Shown: one piece after another, positions 26,357 to 39,487 of the stretch
Position numbering within the stretch: the stretch's first letter is position 1
How the letters are laid out: the number at the start of each line of letters is the position of its first letter
NCBI GenBank assembly: GCA_013239625.1
Contig: MU053365.1
Span: forward strand, 684,001 to 748,000
Direction of reading: 5' to 3'
DNA length: 64,000 nt
Origin: Lama guanicoe
Lineage: Eukaryota
Notes under the pieces: generated by a model
Databases searched by the model: none
Told to the model about the DNA's origin: nothing
What the model saw: only the letters and a program-made list of their open reading frames with translations
Made by a program: the position numbers and the translations under genes

Positions 26357-26375
26357 GGTTGCCGCCTGGCGACAC
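26357..26375 (-). promoter_or_regulatory. Candidate CTCF site
   Basis: Minus strand gtgtcgccaggcggcaacc resembles the CTCF core CCNCNAGGNGGCRS; motif match only. Confidence 0.3.
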
Positions 26376-27229
26376 TCAGGAAGTGCTGACAGAGCACTGA
26401 GTTTGTCATGAGTAATGCTGAGAGTTTATCGGGGAGTCTTCACTGTCGCAAGCTATATCATGATCCCCGAGGAGCCAGTCATTACACACGGTCATCGCCA
26501 CGGCTTTTACCACGCAGAAATGCAGAGGGAAGTGGCAACAGTAACAAATATTTCCAATATTCTCCTGGTTAAACTACTGAGTCGCATCCATTATGGAAAT
26601 GTCTACAAATATCTGTTAATGTAATTTTCCTGTGCGCTGAGCGCTTGGATTTCATTAAACCCCACTAACTGGCGTTGAGGATCTGCCCCACTGCTGAGCA
26701 CGTCACTATTTGGCCTCACTGAGGGAGCTGAAATACTAAAGAGCTCTGCTAAAGTGGAAGGCAGGGCAAACCCCGGTTCCTAGACATTGTATTTGGGTTG
26801 GTTCCATTGGATTTGCAAGCAATTACAGTACAGACCTGGCTCAATGAAGGGGTCTTTGTGCAGCTTTCCCGGCCCCCTGGCTACGCGGTCAGACCAAGTG
26901 GTCCTGAAGTGGTGGGAGCGGACTCCCGGCCCTCACATGCCCTGCAGCCCACTTCCTTGGTGCTAGACGGTTTCTCCTTCAGAACCAACATTTGAGGAAA
27001 GCTTTGCTTTCTCTGCTGGTGGATTTCTTTCGTTCTTTCTGGCCACTGCCTCCTTAGTAGGAGTTTTTGTTATTACTTGGCTAATTTTCTATCTCAGAGT
27101 ATTTTCCACTGTTGTGTTTGCAAAAGGGAACAGCAGGTGCTTGGGAGTCTATCAACCTTATGTACACACAGGAAGATCAAGCGTCAAGTCCCTCTAAAAC
27201 CTTTGTTAAGATGAACTGCTGTCTCCAGC

Positions 27230-28840
27230 TCTGCATGTCACCCCCCAACCCTGTCTCCTGCCCCCTTCTCAAGAGGCAACTGCTTGCAACTTTTCTTCAG
27301 TTCATTCTTTGGTGCTGCCCCCTCCCTTTCTCTAAATAGTGCAACTGTATCGCTATTTCTCAATTCTCCAGTTTCAGGTATTTTCTACTGACTTCTCTCT
27401 ATGGAAGATGAGCGTTTAGCCTTCTTACTTCCCCCTTCCCCCACCACACCATGAAGTACGTCCCACTCCTCCATCTTCCCAACATACATATTTATATCCA
27501 AAGTGTAGTTATCTCAAAATTCATTTTTACGTTCCTATGATTATATATGCTATTCTCCACTGAGACATATACTAAACTATGATTTTCCTTTCCTGCACAA
27601 CTCTTTGGAGTTAATCATCATCTTTGGCTTTTATTGGTGTTTGGCTTAATTTCCTATGCGCTTATCACTGACGGAACCCCCAACTCTTCTACCAGCTGTG
27701 GACGTGTCATGAATACTTTCATTCACATCAGCTACCAATTGCATCTTCTTGATCAATTTCATTCAGAGCTTTCGGGCCTGCTCCAACCTAGTCTGGCGCC
27801 CTCCACATCTGGGATTCTCTTCACCATCATGCCACAGCCTGCTCTGGCCTCTCTCCTATGTGCGCACTCCTGTTCCCTATAGAGATACCATCCTGTTCCT
27901 TGATTTATCCCTTCACTTTGCTGAACAAACACATCCTCTAGTAGCTTACTGAGGAAGGACTGGTTGGAGGTAAATTTTGGGGGCGATCTTGAGGGTCTGA
28001 AAATGTCTTCCTTCTACCCTCCGCCTTGACTGATCATCTGGTTAGGTAGTCTTAGGGTGAAAGGAATTGTCCTTGAGAATTGTCTTCTAGCTTCCAGTGT
28101 TGCAATAAAGTCCAAACCCACCCATTCTGCTTTCCATCCCTCTGTATTCGATACCTGCTTGCTCTCCTAGTCTGTCTCTCTCTCTCCCCTCTCCCTCCTT
28201 CCACCCTTTCCTCCCTCTCTCTGTCTCTCCCTTCCTCCCACTAGAAGCTTGTGGAAATTTCCCTTTATCTCCTTTTCTCTGGAATGTCATGATGAATCCC
28301 GGCCATCAGCCTTCTGGGGGAAGCAGACTGGTGGTCCCTGAATCTAGTCGGTGCTGTGTGCATGTGTTCACTGATGTTCCCGTTTCCAAGAAAGTACCCC
28401 CAGGACAACCACGTTCTGTTTTACCCTGTCCAGAAAATAAACCTCTCATTTTCTGCAGGAGCGGGGAATGGAGGGGTGTAAGAGGGAGGGGAATTCGAGA
28501 TCTAAGGTCTTCTTACAGAGCTTTCAACCAACCCCCTATAGTTTAGACCCTAGTCACTCCCACTTTCAGGAAACCTGGCACCACCCGTCCATGGGCTTTT
28601 TGACATGAATTGATTCTCAGCTTTTCCCGGTGCAGTCTTAGGACTTGGATTTCTAGATCTGTTAAATCAGTTACTATTTGTCCAAATGTTTTTCAACTTC
28701 CCAAATTTTGTTATTCCCTCTCCCATTTTCCCAGTCCTTTGGGGTCTCTCCCTTTTAAAAGCCCCTTCATTGTAGCATTGTAGTTGTAGTGTGGTTTTGA
28801 GAGGGAATGAAATTAGATGCGTGTGATCAATGCACCATTG
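27230..28840 (-). mobile_element. Ancient L1ME/HAL1-like fragment
   Basis: ggaggtaaattttg..gtctgaaaatgtcttccttctaccctc..ttgtcttctagcttccagtgttgc resembles antisense HAL1/L1ME; contains a CT-rich tract at about 28170-28240. Confidence 0.6.
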
Positions 28841-29354
28841 AAAAAAGTCAAAGCAGCTAATTCATCTATGACAACCACACACCTCCCTCTCTCTCAAACA
28901 TCAATTATGTGCCTGATGTTACACAGTTAGCTCTGTAAACTGAGCAAAAGCTGAAATTTAGCAGACATAAACATAAGGTATAAAAGAGGTCCCCAAGAGG
29001 GTGTCCCAGATGTATTTCTGAATTGACTCCAGACCTTATTTAAGCCTACCTGGCTCAGGCTGAGCAGCTCCAAAGGGCTGTCCTGTAACTGGAACCAAGG
29101 CACAGGGTCCGGGAACGTTCAGCGCACCCCGCTCACAGCCATACGTGCATGTATGCAGCCCCTCGGCCGAGGCCATCTCATCAACTGAGATTCCCAGCCT
29201 GGTCGCCTTCATGCTATGACCACGGCTCATAAACAACTTCCACGCGCATGTCCACGTACAGTTTACAAAGCACCGAAACATATGTTAACTCAACGAATTC
29301 TCACCTCTCCAAAGGAACTGTCGTGATGGTGGTCATCCTTACTTTCTAGAAAAA

Positions 29355-29590
29355 TGGTGAAGAGCCTGGGCTCTGGACTCAGTATCACTTGGGTTAGAGT
29401 CTCGCTTTCCACACTCACGATTTGTCTGACCCTGGACGAATTATCCAAACTCTCTGGGCTTCTGTTTCCATGCCTCTGTAATGGCGATCACTATCATTCT
29501 CAAACATTCTGAGGGTTTTGTGAAGATGACATGCAATCACGCAGGTAACGCAGTCAGCATGTGGCTGGCACATCCAGAGCACTGATACAT
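29355..29590 (+). mobile_element. MIR SINE
   Basis: tggtgaagagcctgggctctggactcag..ttgggttagagtctcgctttccacactcac..tgaccctggac..ctctctgggcttctgtttcc. Confidence 0.75.
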
Positions 29591-29604
29591 AGTGGCTATT
29601 ACTC

Positions 29605-29720
29605 TGCTCCCCATCCCACAGATGAAAATCCCGGCTCCGAGAGGCGCAATGACGTATCCAAGTCCACGGTGCCAAAGGCGGACAGAGACTAACTAGGCTA
29701 GGGACTGCCATCGCTGACTC
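29605..29720 (-). mobile_element. MIR fragment
   Basis: ccccatcccacagatgaaaatccc..gagaggcgcaatgacgtatccaagtccac. Confidence 0.55.
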
Positions 29721-29745
29721 AGGGCCTCATGAATCTTCTGCCCCA

Positions 29746-29920
29746 CAAGTGGTTCTCCTACTGGCTGCATACTCAAGTCTCCCGGGGACCTGGGGAAACG
29801 TGCCCAGGCTAAGGCACTCCCCAGAGGTCCAGATTTAACTGCTGTATGGATTCTGGACACCGGCATGTTTCCCCAGCCCCCTAGGCGAGCTGATGCTAAG
29901 CCCAAGTTGCAAACCTATGT
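29746..29920. mobile_element. MER5-like hAT-Charlie MITE
   Basis: agtggttctc..ggctgcatactcaagtctcccgggga..ccccagaggtccagatttaactg..cccaagttgcaaacc follows the MER5A layout. Confidence 0.7.
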
Positions 29921-31654
29921 TCTTTACCAAACGTCCTCTTTAGTTCCCAGGCGACCTTGAACTGTGTATTGCATCTACCACCAAACCCTTATTCACACCT
30001 GTGTTCTAGACCCCTGGTCAGTACAGAGAAGCGCAATCACGAGGCACTATTTATAAAATGTGTTAAATATAAAAATCGCTGTCCCCACCCACTGTTTGAC
30101 CATCACAAGAACTCACTTGTTTAGAGAATTCAGAGCTGCTCAGAAATGACTAGAAATGGGCATGTCAAGTTCCGGCTACAGTCTTGCCCGATGTGCCCGA
30201 ATATGCAGGGAGGTCATTCTGCGTGGGCCCCCCGGGCCCCCCTACAGGGTCTGCAGAATGCTCTACTGCAAACGCTGTTAGGACAACCTGAGATTCTGAA
30301 CTAAATTGTTTAAAACAGGCTTCTGGTTTTCCAAGCCAGAAAGGATACAAAAGGAGGGGCTAAGGGGGCAAAGGGAACATGCCACACGACCAGTCTGGGA
30401 GAGTAAGAAGCCTACAGGAGGAAAAGCAACAGGCCGCCTCAATGTCAGAGCCCCTCTGCCCGAGCTCAGCTGGGAGCACGTGCCGTTGAGGAGACCAAGG
30501 TCAGAGCTGACTCCCCAGGAGGCACCTGGCAGTGCTCCCTCCGGAGGCCACGTGCCACAGCCCCTAAGCGGCGGCGGGCACTGGGACGGCAAGTCAGCAG
30601 TCCCCGAGTCACAGCATCTCGCAGAGCAGCTTTGTCATCGCATATTCAGGGAAACTTCATGAAGGTACAGCTGGAATTTGATATTCTCTGTCTACAAATG
30701 TTTCTCTTCATTTTTCAAAAGTGCATTTAGGAAAAAAAATAGATTCCCTATTAAGGGGCCTTGGGCTTAATAAGCTTTCTTCCATGGGCCTGAGAATAAT
30801 GAACTTGTCTAGGACTTGAAATCAAAATGAAAGGACCGAAGAATCTTCTACAGGGTGAAGAGGGAAATGACTCAAAGAAGCAAGATCAATCCTTCAAGGA
30901 ATTTCTTCCAGAAGAAACCAAAATTCATCTGTTCCCCGGGACTCAGCTGAGACTCACCTGCCCGCCCTGGAACCAAATCTGTGGTTCTCAGAACTGCGGG
31001 CTCTCAGCAGAATCTATTGGCCTCTTCAGATGAAAGACAATTGGCGTCGTTAGGCTCCTGAGCACATTTTCATAATCAGCCTGATCCTGGGTGCACCGCA
31101 GCTGCTCAATTGATGGTGTTAGACAGGGGATCAAGAGAGATGCCAGGAGGGCCCTCAGATCTGACATAACAAGGCAAACATCAGTCATTTGGCTAAAAGG
31201 CTCATAAAGGCTCCATCAGCTGTGACACGGGAGTCTGTATAAGGCAAAGCTAATGAGGAAACGTGGCGGTTGTCCTTAGACAGGAACAAGTTGTGGGTGA
31301 GCTGCATTTCTAACGAAAGAGAGAGAGGGAAGTCCCACTGGAAATGGTGCATCATCTTGCTCTGGTCAGAAATGATAGGTCTGTGTTTTGAAAGAATTGT
31401 CTTAATGGAAAGATGGGGTTTTTTTTCAAAACTGTTCCACTTCATTTGCCAAATGCTCAAGAGTACGTAAAATTGGTACTTGAACGTGGTCACTTCTGGG
31501 GAAGGCAACATTACAGAGAACATAATTCCAGCTCTCTCAGAAAAGGAAACTTCTTCACTAATGATGCAATAAATCCAGCCCAAGCCCTGAAGGAGCTGAT
31601 CATGGCTGGAAGCCATTAAATCAGGGATTTCAATAATAATATACAAGCCATAAG

Positions 31655-31890
31655 AATAACCTGCATAGGCATGACACTTTGGGTTATTTAAAGCACTTGT
31701 ACTGTATTTTGTTTGATCCTTAGTGACATAAGCAGGGTAGAAATGATTACCAGCTTCATTTCAGACAGAGAGAAAGTGAGGCTCTCATAGGTGAATTAAC
31801 TTTGCTAAAGACCCAGAGCTGTCAGTCCTGGGGCTGGGCCTGGAATCCAGGTCTCCGGCCTCCAGAGCTCTGGAACTCTTTGCCCTACAG
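31655..31890 (-). mobile_element. MIR SINE
   Basis: catttcagacagagagaaagtgaggctc..ggggctgggcctggaatccaggtctccggcctccagagc. Confidence 0.7.
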
Positions 31891-32247
31891 TTGAGCCAGG
31901 GGGACAGACTTATAGACAAGCTTCCAGACACAGTCAAGTGTTCTCCCAGTTCAAGCACCTCCTATGAAACTCGACATCGGCCGACTGCGATGACCTATGT
32001 GCCCCCAACTCCTGGTGGCTTGTGTCTGTGAATGGACCTTAGATCCAATATTATCTTTTCATGACACTACCAGTGACAGCTGTGCAGCAAGAACAGTAAC
32101 CTCAAGAGGAAGGAAAATTAGACTGAACACTTTTGGACAAGGATTCTTAATGTTTCAATGAACGTACAAGCCCCTTTACACTGATATGTCTATAACACCC
32201 TGGTGGCAGCGAGAGTAATTCAAAGAGAAACAGAAACAAGCATCTCT

Positions 32248-32446
32248 TACTAACTGCTACATATAAAATAGATAGACAACAAGCTTCTTCTATACAGCAC
32301 AGGGAACTAGATTCAGTACCTTGTACTAATCCATAATGAAAAAGAACGAGAGCAGGAATACGTGTCTGTACATGTATGACTGAAACATGATGCTGTGCAC
32401 CAGAAACTGACACAACATTGTCAACTGACTATAATTCAGTTTAAAA
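32248..32446 (+). mobile_element. L1 3' UTR fragment
   Basis: tataaaatagatagacaacaag..tatacagcacagggaactagattcagtaccttgta..gctgtgcaccagaaactgacacaacattgt. Confidence 0.9.
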
Positions 32447-33059
32447 GGGCCAAACAATCCTAAATGCAAGCTTCACTTATAGATATGTAAGATGTATACT
32501 AAATCCTAACAGTTTACATATTAAAAATTGAAAAATTCATTGAAAATAAAACACAACCATCTCCTGCACCTAAGGGAACTGGAAACAGGGGCTACACAGT
32601 AAACTGAGTCAGCATGTTCAAGTACCCTCTGAACATAAAATCACAAGAGTAGACGTAGGGCTTCTGAGCTGCTGCTCCAGCCATTCTGCACACGTGATCC
32701 CTCCCCTGCCTGTGTCCGCCCCTCTGCGAAATCATAATGAAAAGTACCCATTTTACTGGGTCTTGGGGGTAGGAAATATTTCCTAAGGAAAAGAAACAAA
32801 ATAAGCATGAAAATTCCTTACTTTGGTTACTAGTCACCCTTGGGCTCCATTCTACCTTGCCTCATGATTCTCTGGTGCTTCTGAAAAGGTATATATTTCT
32901 TCGGAGCCACTAGGATGCCACTGAGAGCATTCCCACACTAGGTGACACGCTGGGATATTGAATGAGGTCTTTGGAGTCTGCCCCCACTTCCTAGCAGAGC
33001 ATCTCGGGAGGGGAGGACACACTCATGGAGAAACACCAATGTCTCAAGGGCTCCAGGGA

Positions 33060-33127
33060 TGAAAGAAAGAAAGAGGGAGGAGGAAGAGAGCAAGAGAGAA
33101 GAGGGGAGAGAGAGAGAGAGAGAGAGC
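33060..33127. repeat. Purine-rich (GA) low-complexity tract
   Basis: Read directly. Confidence 0.85.
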
Positions 33128-36100
33128 CCTAAAAGCATGCAGAGATCATGGCTATTCAAAGAGCCAGCAGCTCCACACCGAAGCCAGGCGTGAGCAGGTG
33201 CCCACTCGCTGGGACGGGAGAGGCTTAAAGAGACAGAGAGATAGAAAAGCAGTGGTGTCCAGGCCTCCTGAGCAATCTGATCTTTAGACAGAAGGGAAGA
33301 GATAATTATATACTGATGGATTTGCTTCTTTCTTTTTTTCTAATGGCCAGTGGCTGCCTCCTCCTCAGACAGCCAGCACATCCAAGGCTAGCTCTGTGTT
33401 CACACTGCCCGCTCTGGTGCCTGGGAAGGTGGTATATTTTAATGTCTAGCCAACTGTGAGGCGGTAATGATTAGGAGATGCCTTAACTAAGGGAGAACTC
33501 CACTCGTGTTCCGAACAGTCTTGACGTGGAGAGCCGCTCTGTGACTGGTCTCAGCACCTAAATCCACTGAACAATAGGGCTTTGGTTGTGCTGAAAGGTA
33601 AAGGCTTGCATTTGCCAATTCCACCTGCTTCCGTTTCTAGGTGGGTTTCCTGCAGAAAGCGGCCTTTCGAGCTCACAGCGATATCAATTAAGCCGCTGCC
33701 GTACGGCTGCACTACTTACATTGGTATTTTTTCACAGTTGACTCTGTGCAATGCATTTGGGGTAACAAGATTGCTATTTAGTATAATACATTAGGCTGGT
33801 GGAGGAATGCCTAGCCTGTAAGGAGCTGGTGAAATTTTCCTGAGAAAGAAATATATACCCTAGAGCCACCTGGGTGACGTCCTAAATGGCAAACAATTAC
33901 GGGGCTTCTGCAGACCTACCTGTCAGTGGCCACGTGGAGCATACAACCACCCCGAGAACCCGGATGCAGCAATGTCTACGCAGAATGCAGTAAAAACCGT
34001 ATTTCAAACCTCCTAGCATGCCAACATACAAATAAATAAATTCTCCTTTGCAAATGTCACCAGCTGGGTGATTTCCAGGCAGGCGCTGCAGTATTTCCCT
34101 GAAACTGAAGAAGAAGTACTCACCCTGCTCTGAATCTGAGCTCCCTGGAAGTCCAGGATTCATATTCAGAGCACTGCATGGAGTAGCCCTTTGGGGATGG
34201 GTATTAATGAAGAAATGTGCTCGTGATAGAGCCTATTCTCTCTCCGAGAGCGAAGGGTACAGTCTGTTCAGAGCCGCTTTTTAATTTCTCATAATTAACC
34301 CTGCCAGAATTAACATCCGTGGCATCGTTGATGGCAAATTTAAAAAGTCACATCTACACAGTGCGACGCCTCTCACCGCCTCCGTGTTTCCCCCTTCTGT
34401 TGAAAGAGGAAAGTTCTCAAAGTCTGCCAAGCTGATTGTCTGGTCACTGCACTGAGACCTGCTGGACTAGGTAGGACCAGGGCATTTTTCCAACTCCCCC
34501 GCTAAAACTGCCAACCTGGTTCAGCTCTTAACTGGCCACGTGCCACATACATCCACGGGCGGCCTGGTTTCTGTCTCTCTCAGTCAATGACGTACAGCAG
34601 CCCATCTGATCTCCACGGCGAATGTGGAGACCCGAAATCCAAGTGCCTCATGCCATTCCTCCAAGTCCTACTGTTGACTCTCCACTGAAAGACAGACCAG
34701 GGATCCTGGGACTCATTTCAGAATAGCCTCTGTCCGCTCTCTTGAACAATCCAGGGCAGATGATTAGGAAAAAAAGAAGACAGGGGCTTGCAGGTGACCA
34801 AACAAACGCAATTTTGCCCTGGTAGCTATTGTCAATTGTCTCACGCTTGGGTATCTCTGCCTTTACTCACAGCACAACTTTTCACAGTGGAGGGAAGGCC
34901 TACTCATCCGTTTACACTCAGATTTTCATTTTAAAAAACTGAACAGGAAATGATTGGTCTGGGGAAAAAAAATTCACGTGATAATTGATGCAACTTGAAT
35001 CACCAAATAACTCCGCGGGCTCACTGTGTTCTTTTCTGGAATCCAGAAGTCACAGGCAGTCCCTTCTCTGGCCTACAGAAATCTGTTCCCTCTGTTTCGA
35101 TCTCTTGGTGCAAAGTGGCGAATTCAAAAGTCAGAGAGGCTAACAAAGGGGAGGCCTGAGGAGGTGACAGCTGTGGGACTTGCACGGCCCGCTGCACATC
35201 CCTGGCCCCTGCCAGTTTCGTGACTGAAAGCCTTAAAGCAACAGCACTACCGTCGCACCATCATTTGAAAGAGGGACTCTGGCCGACTCCCAGGGCTGCA
35301 TTAGAAATGTCTACATTTTACACATCTGAACAAATATTGCTGCTTCTGGATTAACACTGACATTTCATCAACGCGGAGAGCCGATGCTGGAGAGAGTCAC
35401 GGAGCAGGCTATTTTCCTGCTGGTAAAAGTCCACCAACAGCGTCCAGAAACCCTTTCTCAGGAGTAGGGGAACCGCCACGGCTAGAGCACACTGCTGCTC
35501 CCCAGAGAGGACCTCGGGAACTGATTTTGGGGGGAAGCAGCAACCCATGAAAAATCACTGTAACCAATAAGCCTGCCTGGGACGCCCACTGCCTGCCAAG
35601 TGCATGCGGGGGAACCAGGAGACGGCGGCCCACCAACCCAGAGACTTGGACTAACACCTAAGGAAACAGTGAGTGGATCTCTAAGCATGCATGAAAAACA
35701 AGTACATCTATAAACCAATAAATCTGCTTTTTCCATAGGAGTGCATAGAACTCTGGACTCTATCTGTCCCATTTGCAAAGGTGTTCGGGGTGAGTCAGGC
35801 TTTGCAATCCAGTTTGGCCACTTTCCACCATACAGCCTCTTTCCCTGGGCAAAGAGATAAAGGGACTCAGTGTGATGCTTCCGTTTAAGGACTCAACTCA
35901 AACTTTCACGATAGGCCTTTATCGAGATGCAGGGCCATAATCCTCCAGCAGCTACGCACTGTGTTGCTCTTTCGTAATCACCTTTCCTCTTTCAATTATG
36001 AAATTTATTACATATTTCATGCTGCATATTGCAAAATTTGGAAGCTACTCACAGGCACTTTACTCAATAAAATATTCATACGCTAAAATGCATGCTTTTT

Positions 36101-36339
36101 CATCACGAGTGATATGTTTAGAAGTAATTTCTCATTGGTCATCCACTTTTGGAGTGGTCGGCCTTTCTGGCTTTGAAAAGACTGTTAGAATCAAGGTAAC
36201 ACTAATAGCTCCTTCCGGTACCCGCCTATCCCTTAAAATATGCAAAATGCTGGCTGCATAATGTTACAAGTGTTTTTGTTTAAAGAGAAGCGATTACCCC
36301 TCTAGACTGTCCAGTCAGTGAATCCCTAGCAGAATAACA

Positions 36340-36500
36340 GACTCTGAGTGCACGAGCACCGGTGTAGAAGACAGGCAGTGAGGGGCTTCTGCTGGGGTTG
36401 TGAGAGCAGGCAGCAGTGCTGCCCGTTCACTGCTGGGTCCCCGGTGCCCACAATGGCGTCGGCCACCTCGAAGATGCTCAGTATGTAAATGTTTGTTGGA
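36340..36500 (+). mobile_element. L2 3' end
   Basis: gttgtgagagcaggcagc..gttcactgctgggtccccggtgccca..gatgctcagtatgtaaatgtttgttg. Confidence 0.65.
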
Positions 36501-36609
36501 AGAAAATCGGGAAGCAGAGAAGGAGAAGGGAGAGAAGGAGGAGGAAAGAGATGGAGTGAGCAGAGGAAAAAGAAAGGGAAGGAAGGAGGGAAGGAAGAAA
36601 GGTTGGACT

Positions 36610-36735
36610 TGGTCTGTGACCTTGGACAAGTAATTGACCCCCTCAGTCTCACCTCTCACTGGGTCAAATGAAGAGGGTGGATCAGATAGTTTCTAAAATT
36701 CCTGCCAGCTCTAAATGTCTATGATTCTGTGATTT
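36610..36735 (+). mobile_element. MIR3/MIRc 3' part
   Basis: tgtgaccttggacaagtaattgacccc..aaatgaagagggtggatcagata..ccagctctaaatgtctatgattctgtga. Confidence 0.75.
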
Positions 36736-37774
36736 AAACTGTCCACTGATGTCAATGCTAATACAAAAAATAAAAACGTACTCTGCTCACCAATGAAATA
36801 TGTAAAAGTATTCAGAAGAACATCCCTCATTAGCCCAGTATCTGTCCCATTCTCCAAACACTGGAGAATTCTTTCTTTCAAATATTTAAACTGCACTGGA
36901 AAGATGAACTGGGCATATATTTGCTTAATTTGTAGACTGACAGAGCTCAGATTCGTAAGTGTTTCCATAGGTTTACTAAAACACTTATCGCCACTCTAGT
37001 TCAACAATTTGAGTATTATCCTCTTGAAATAATGTATACTTACGAGAAGAAAGAAAGCTAATGTCACCTAAAAGGAACACATGTGGAATATTAATCTCTT
37101 GAAACTCTAAAAGCTTAAAAAGTACTTCCATCATGGGGTGGCTGAGATTATCTTCTGCTAATTAAAGCACCGCCACCACTAATTCCCCTGCTTCTAAAAT
37201 GAACGTCTCTCGGAAGTGAGGTAATTCAAGTTTCTCCAAGTTGCCACAAAACCCTATAATTCAAGGCCAGTTAATGCTGTGTGTCTGTTGATCTAGGACT
37301 TATATTACAACATGCAGATCTTCTCAAGTTTGAAAAACAGTCTAAGCTCATACACTTCCATCTGAAGGCATGCCTACTCAAACTCTTGGTGTGCACCCAA
37401 GAGTTCTAACTGTGTCCCAGTGAGATGCTTTCTCCATTATACACCACCATACACGCTAAAGGAGGTGACCAGGAGTGGGGAACTGTCATTATTCATTCAT
37501 ATGCTTTACCCTGGAGCCATTGACCAATTGATATTTCTTTACCTCTCTCTAATAGTCTCTCTCTCCCTCCTTCACGCCCTCCATCTCTTTCTCCTCTCTC
37601 TTTTCATGTAATAGCAGAGGCTGGTTGTGCAATTACTTAACTCAGGGCAGTCCATATAAATAACCCCTCTCACATCTATAAATTAATTAAAAGCCATCAC
37701 TAGCTCTCCATTACCTAGAGAACAGGTTCAAATTCCTTGATCTGATACCTAGGATCCTCCACTTAGAAGCTTCG

Positions 37775-37945
37775 GGACCTCATGCAAATCACTTAACATC
37801 TCTGTGCTTCACTTTGCCCTCCGCTGTAAACTGGGGATAGTAGTGATACTTATCTCATAGGGTTGGTGAGAGGAGTGAATGGAATGGTATGTGTAAACCA
37901 CATAGAACAGGGCCCAGCTCACAGTACGTCCCACATAAATATTTG
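37775..37945 (+). mobile_element. MIR SINE
   Basis: gcaaatcacttaacatctctgtgcttcactttgccctccgctgtaaactggggatagtag. Confidence 0.78.
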
Positions 37946-38104
37946 CTCCTATGCTGCTCCCTCCACAATGGAATCTCAACATGTATTTCAGGCTCCACCT
38001 CCCATTGCTCCCATCTTGAACATTGCAATCCAATCAGATGGGTTTACTCACTCTTCTTAAGGTATATCCTCTGCTTTCCTCTCTTTGTGTTTTTACATAA
38101 TAAG

Positions 38105-38290
38105 TAGCAAATATTTCTTGAGAGCATCTTCTGTGCTAGGAACTGGGCTAACTGTTGCACAAATTATCTTGTTTATGTTCCAGAAGATCTTTGGGTACGG
38201 GCACCACTGTGCCTCCATTTCACAGATGAAGGGAACTGACACCTGGAAGGGTAAGTGACTGGACCACAGCAGCAGTGCTGAGAGATGGCA
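38105..38290 (-). mobile_element. MIR SINE
   Basis: ccatttcacagatgaagggaactgacac..gggtaagtgactgg. Confidence 0.65.
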
Positions 38291-38619
38291 GAGCCAATGT
38301 GAAATGCAGGCAATCTGGCTCCACTGCTCTCCGTCAAACCGCTGGGATGTACAGCCTCTGTCCGTACCCACCGTCTGTCCCACCTCCCACAACAGCCCCC
38401 CCCCTTTCCCCTCACCCATCCACATGCTCTCCAAAACCATTGCAAATCCCATCTGTCAGACATCCCCTCTCAGGCCAGTCCTCAGAGCCCTTCACCTCTG
38501 AACTCTCAGAGCAGTCACGATCTCCTTGGAAGCTGGGACAGTCCATTTGTCAAATAACTATCTAATATCTTGGAACGGCACCTCTATTCTTTTGAATTCT
38601 GAAAGATTTAACTTTCTTC

Positions 38620-38745
38620 TTGCACGTGTTTGGCTTCTTTCTCCAATTAGATCTGATGCTCTTTAAGGTCAGGGGCTGCATCTCATGTTTCTTTTCTGTC
38701 TTAAATAGCATTTGGCACAAAATAGATACTCAGTAAAAAAGTGAT
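38620..38745 (+). mobile_element. L2 3' end
   Basis: attagatctgatgctctttaaggtcaggggctgcatctc..tggcacaaaatagatactcagtaa. Confidence 0.6.
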
Positions 38746-39487
38746 GATTTGATTTAACCCCAGGGACACATAACTAGGTCAGGCTGACCTTGGTGCCTCA
38801 TTTTAGCAGCTGGTAAGCAGACATAATAAAATTCAGGTTTTTCAATCCCTTCCTTGATTATTCAATTATTACGTCAGCTCTTTTCCTGGTTTTCTCTCTT
38901 GGATGCTATTGTTTCCTCTGCATTATCTGCCATCATTTTAAAAAGTGTCCCAAATCCTGTTTTTGAAAATAAGTTTCAAAATAAAAAAATAAAGTGACTG
39001 CTCTTGGTAAAGAAGCAATAAATTATTTGCAAGTCCTTTACTCGAGGTTTGTTTCATTAAAATAAGCTTTAAAATGAGGAAGAGCTCTCTTTCTATAAAC
39101 TGATGTGAAGTGAGATCCAGGATATATTTTTAAGTGAAAAAGTTTTGACACTTGGAACCATGTTAATGTTTCCCAATGATTTCAAAAGAAGAAAAATAAA
39201 TCCAAAAACTCCAAAAGAAACAAATGAACTGAACTATATTCCAAACGAATAACATAATCACACTGGGCAGGACTGGTAGGCAATTTTTGAATACAGTCTT
39301 TCAAAAATATACCTTTAGGCTAAAGACAAAAATAAATCTAAGTGAATACTGTATGCTAATTAGCAGGCTTCTTGTCATAGTGCCATGGGTTAGCAATTCT
39401 GAAACTACTTTCTGTCTATTCTAAAATTGAGCAAATAAGTTAATATACACTGAGTAATGGGATCCAGGTTTCTCAATATCAGAAAAG

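Noticed and set aside
30532..30550. CTCF-like motif on the minus strand (tggcctccggagggagcac)
   Set aside because: Mismatches at core positions; too weak without binding data.
34123..34190. Strong minus-strand donor CAGG|GTGAGT with a short upstream open frame
   Set aside because: No convincing acceptor and no recognisable peptide.
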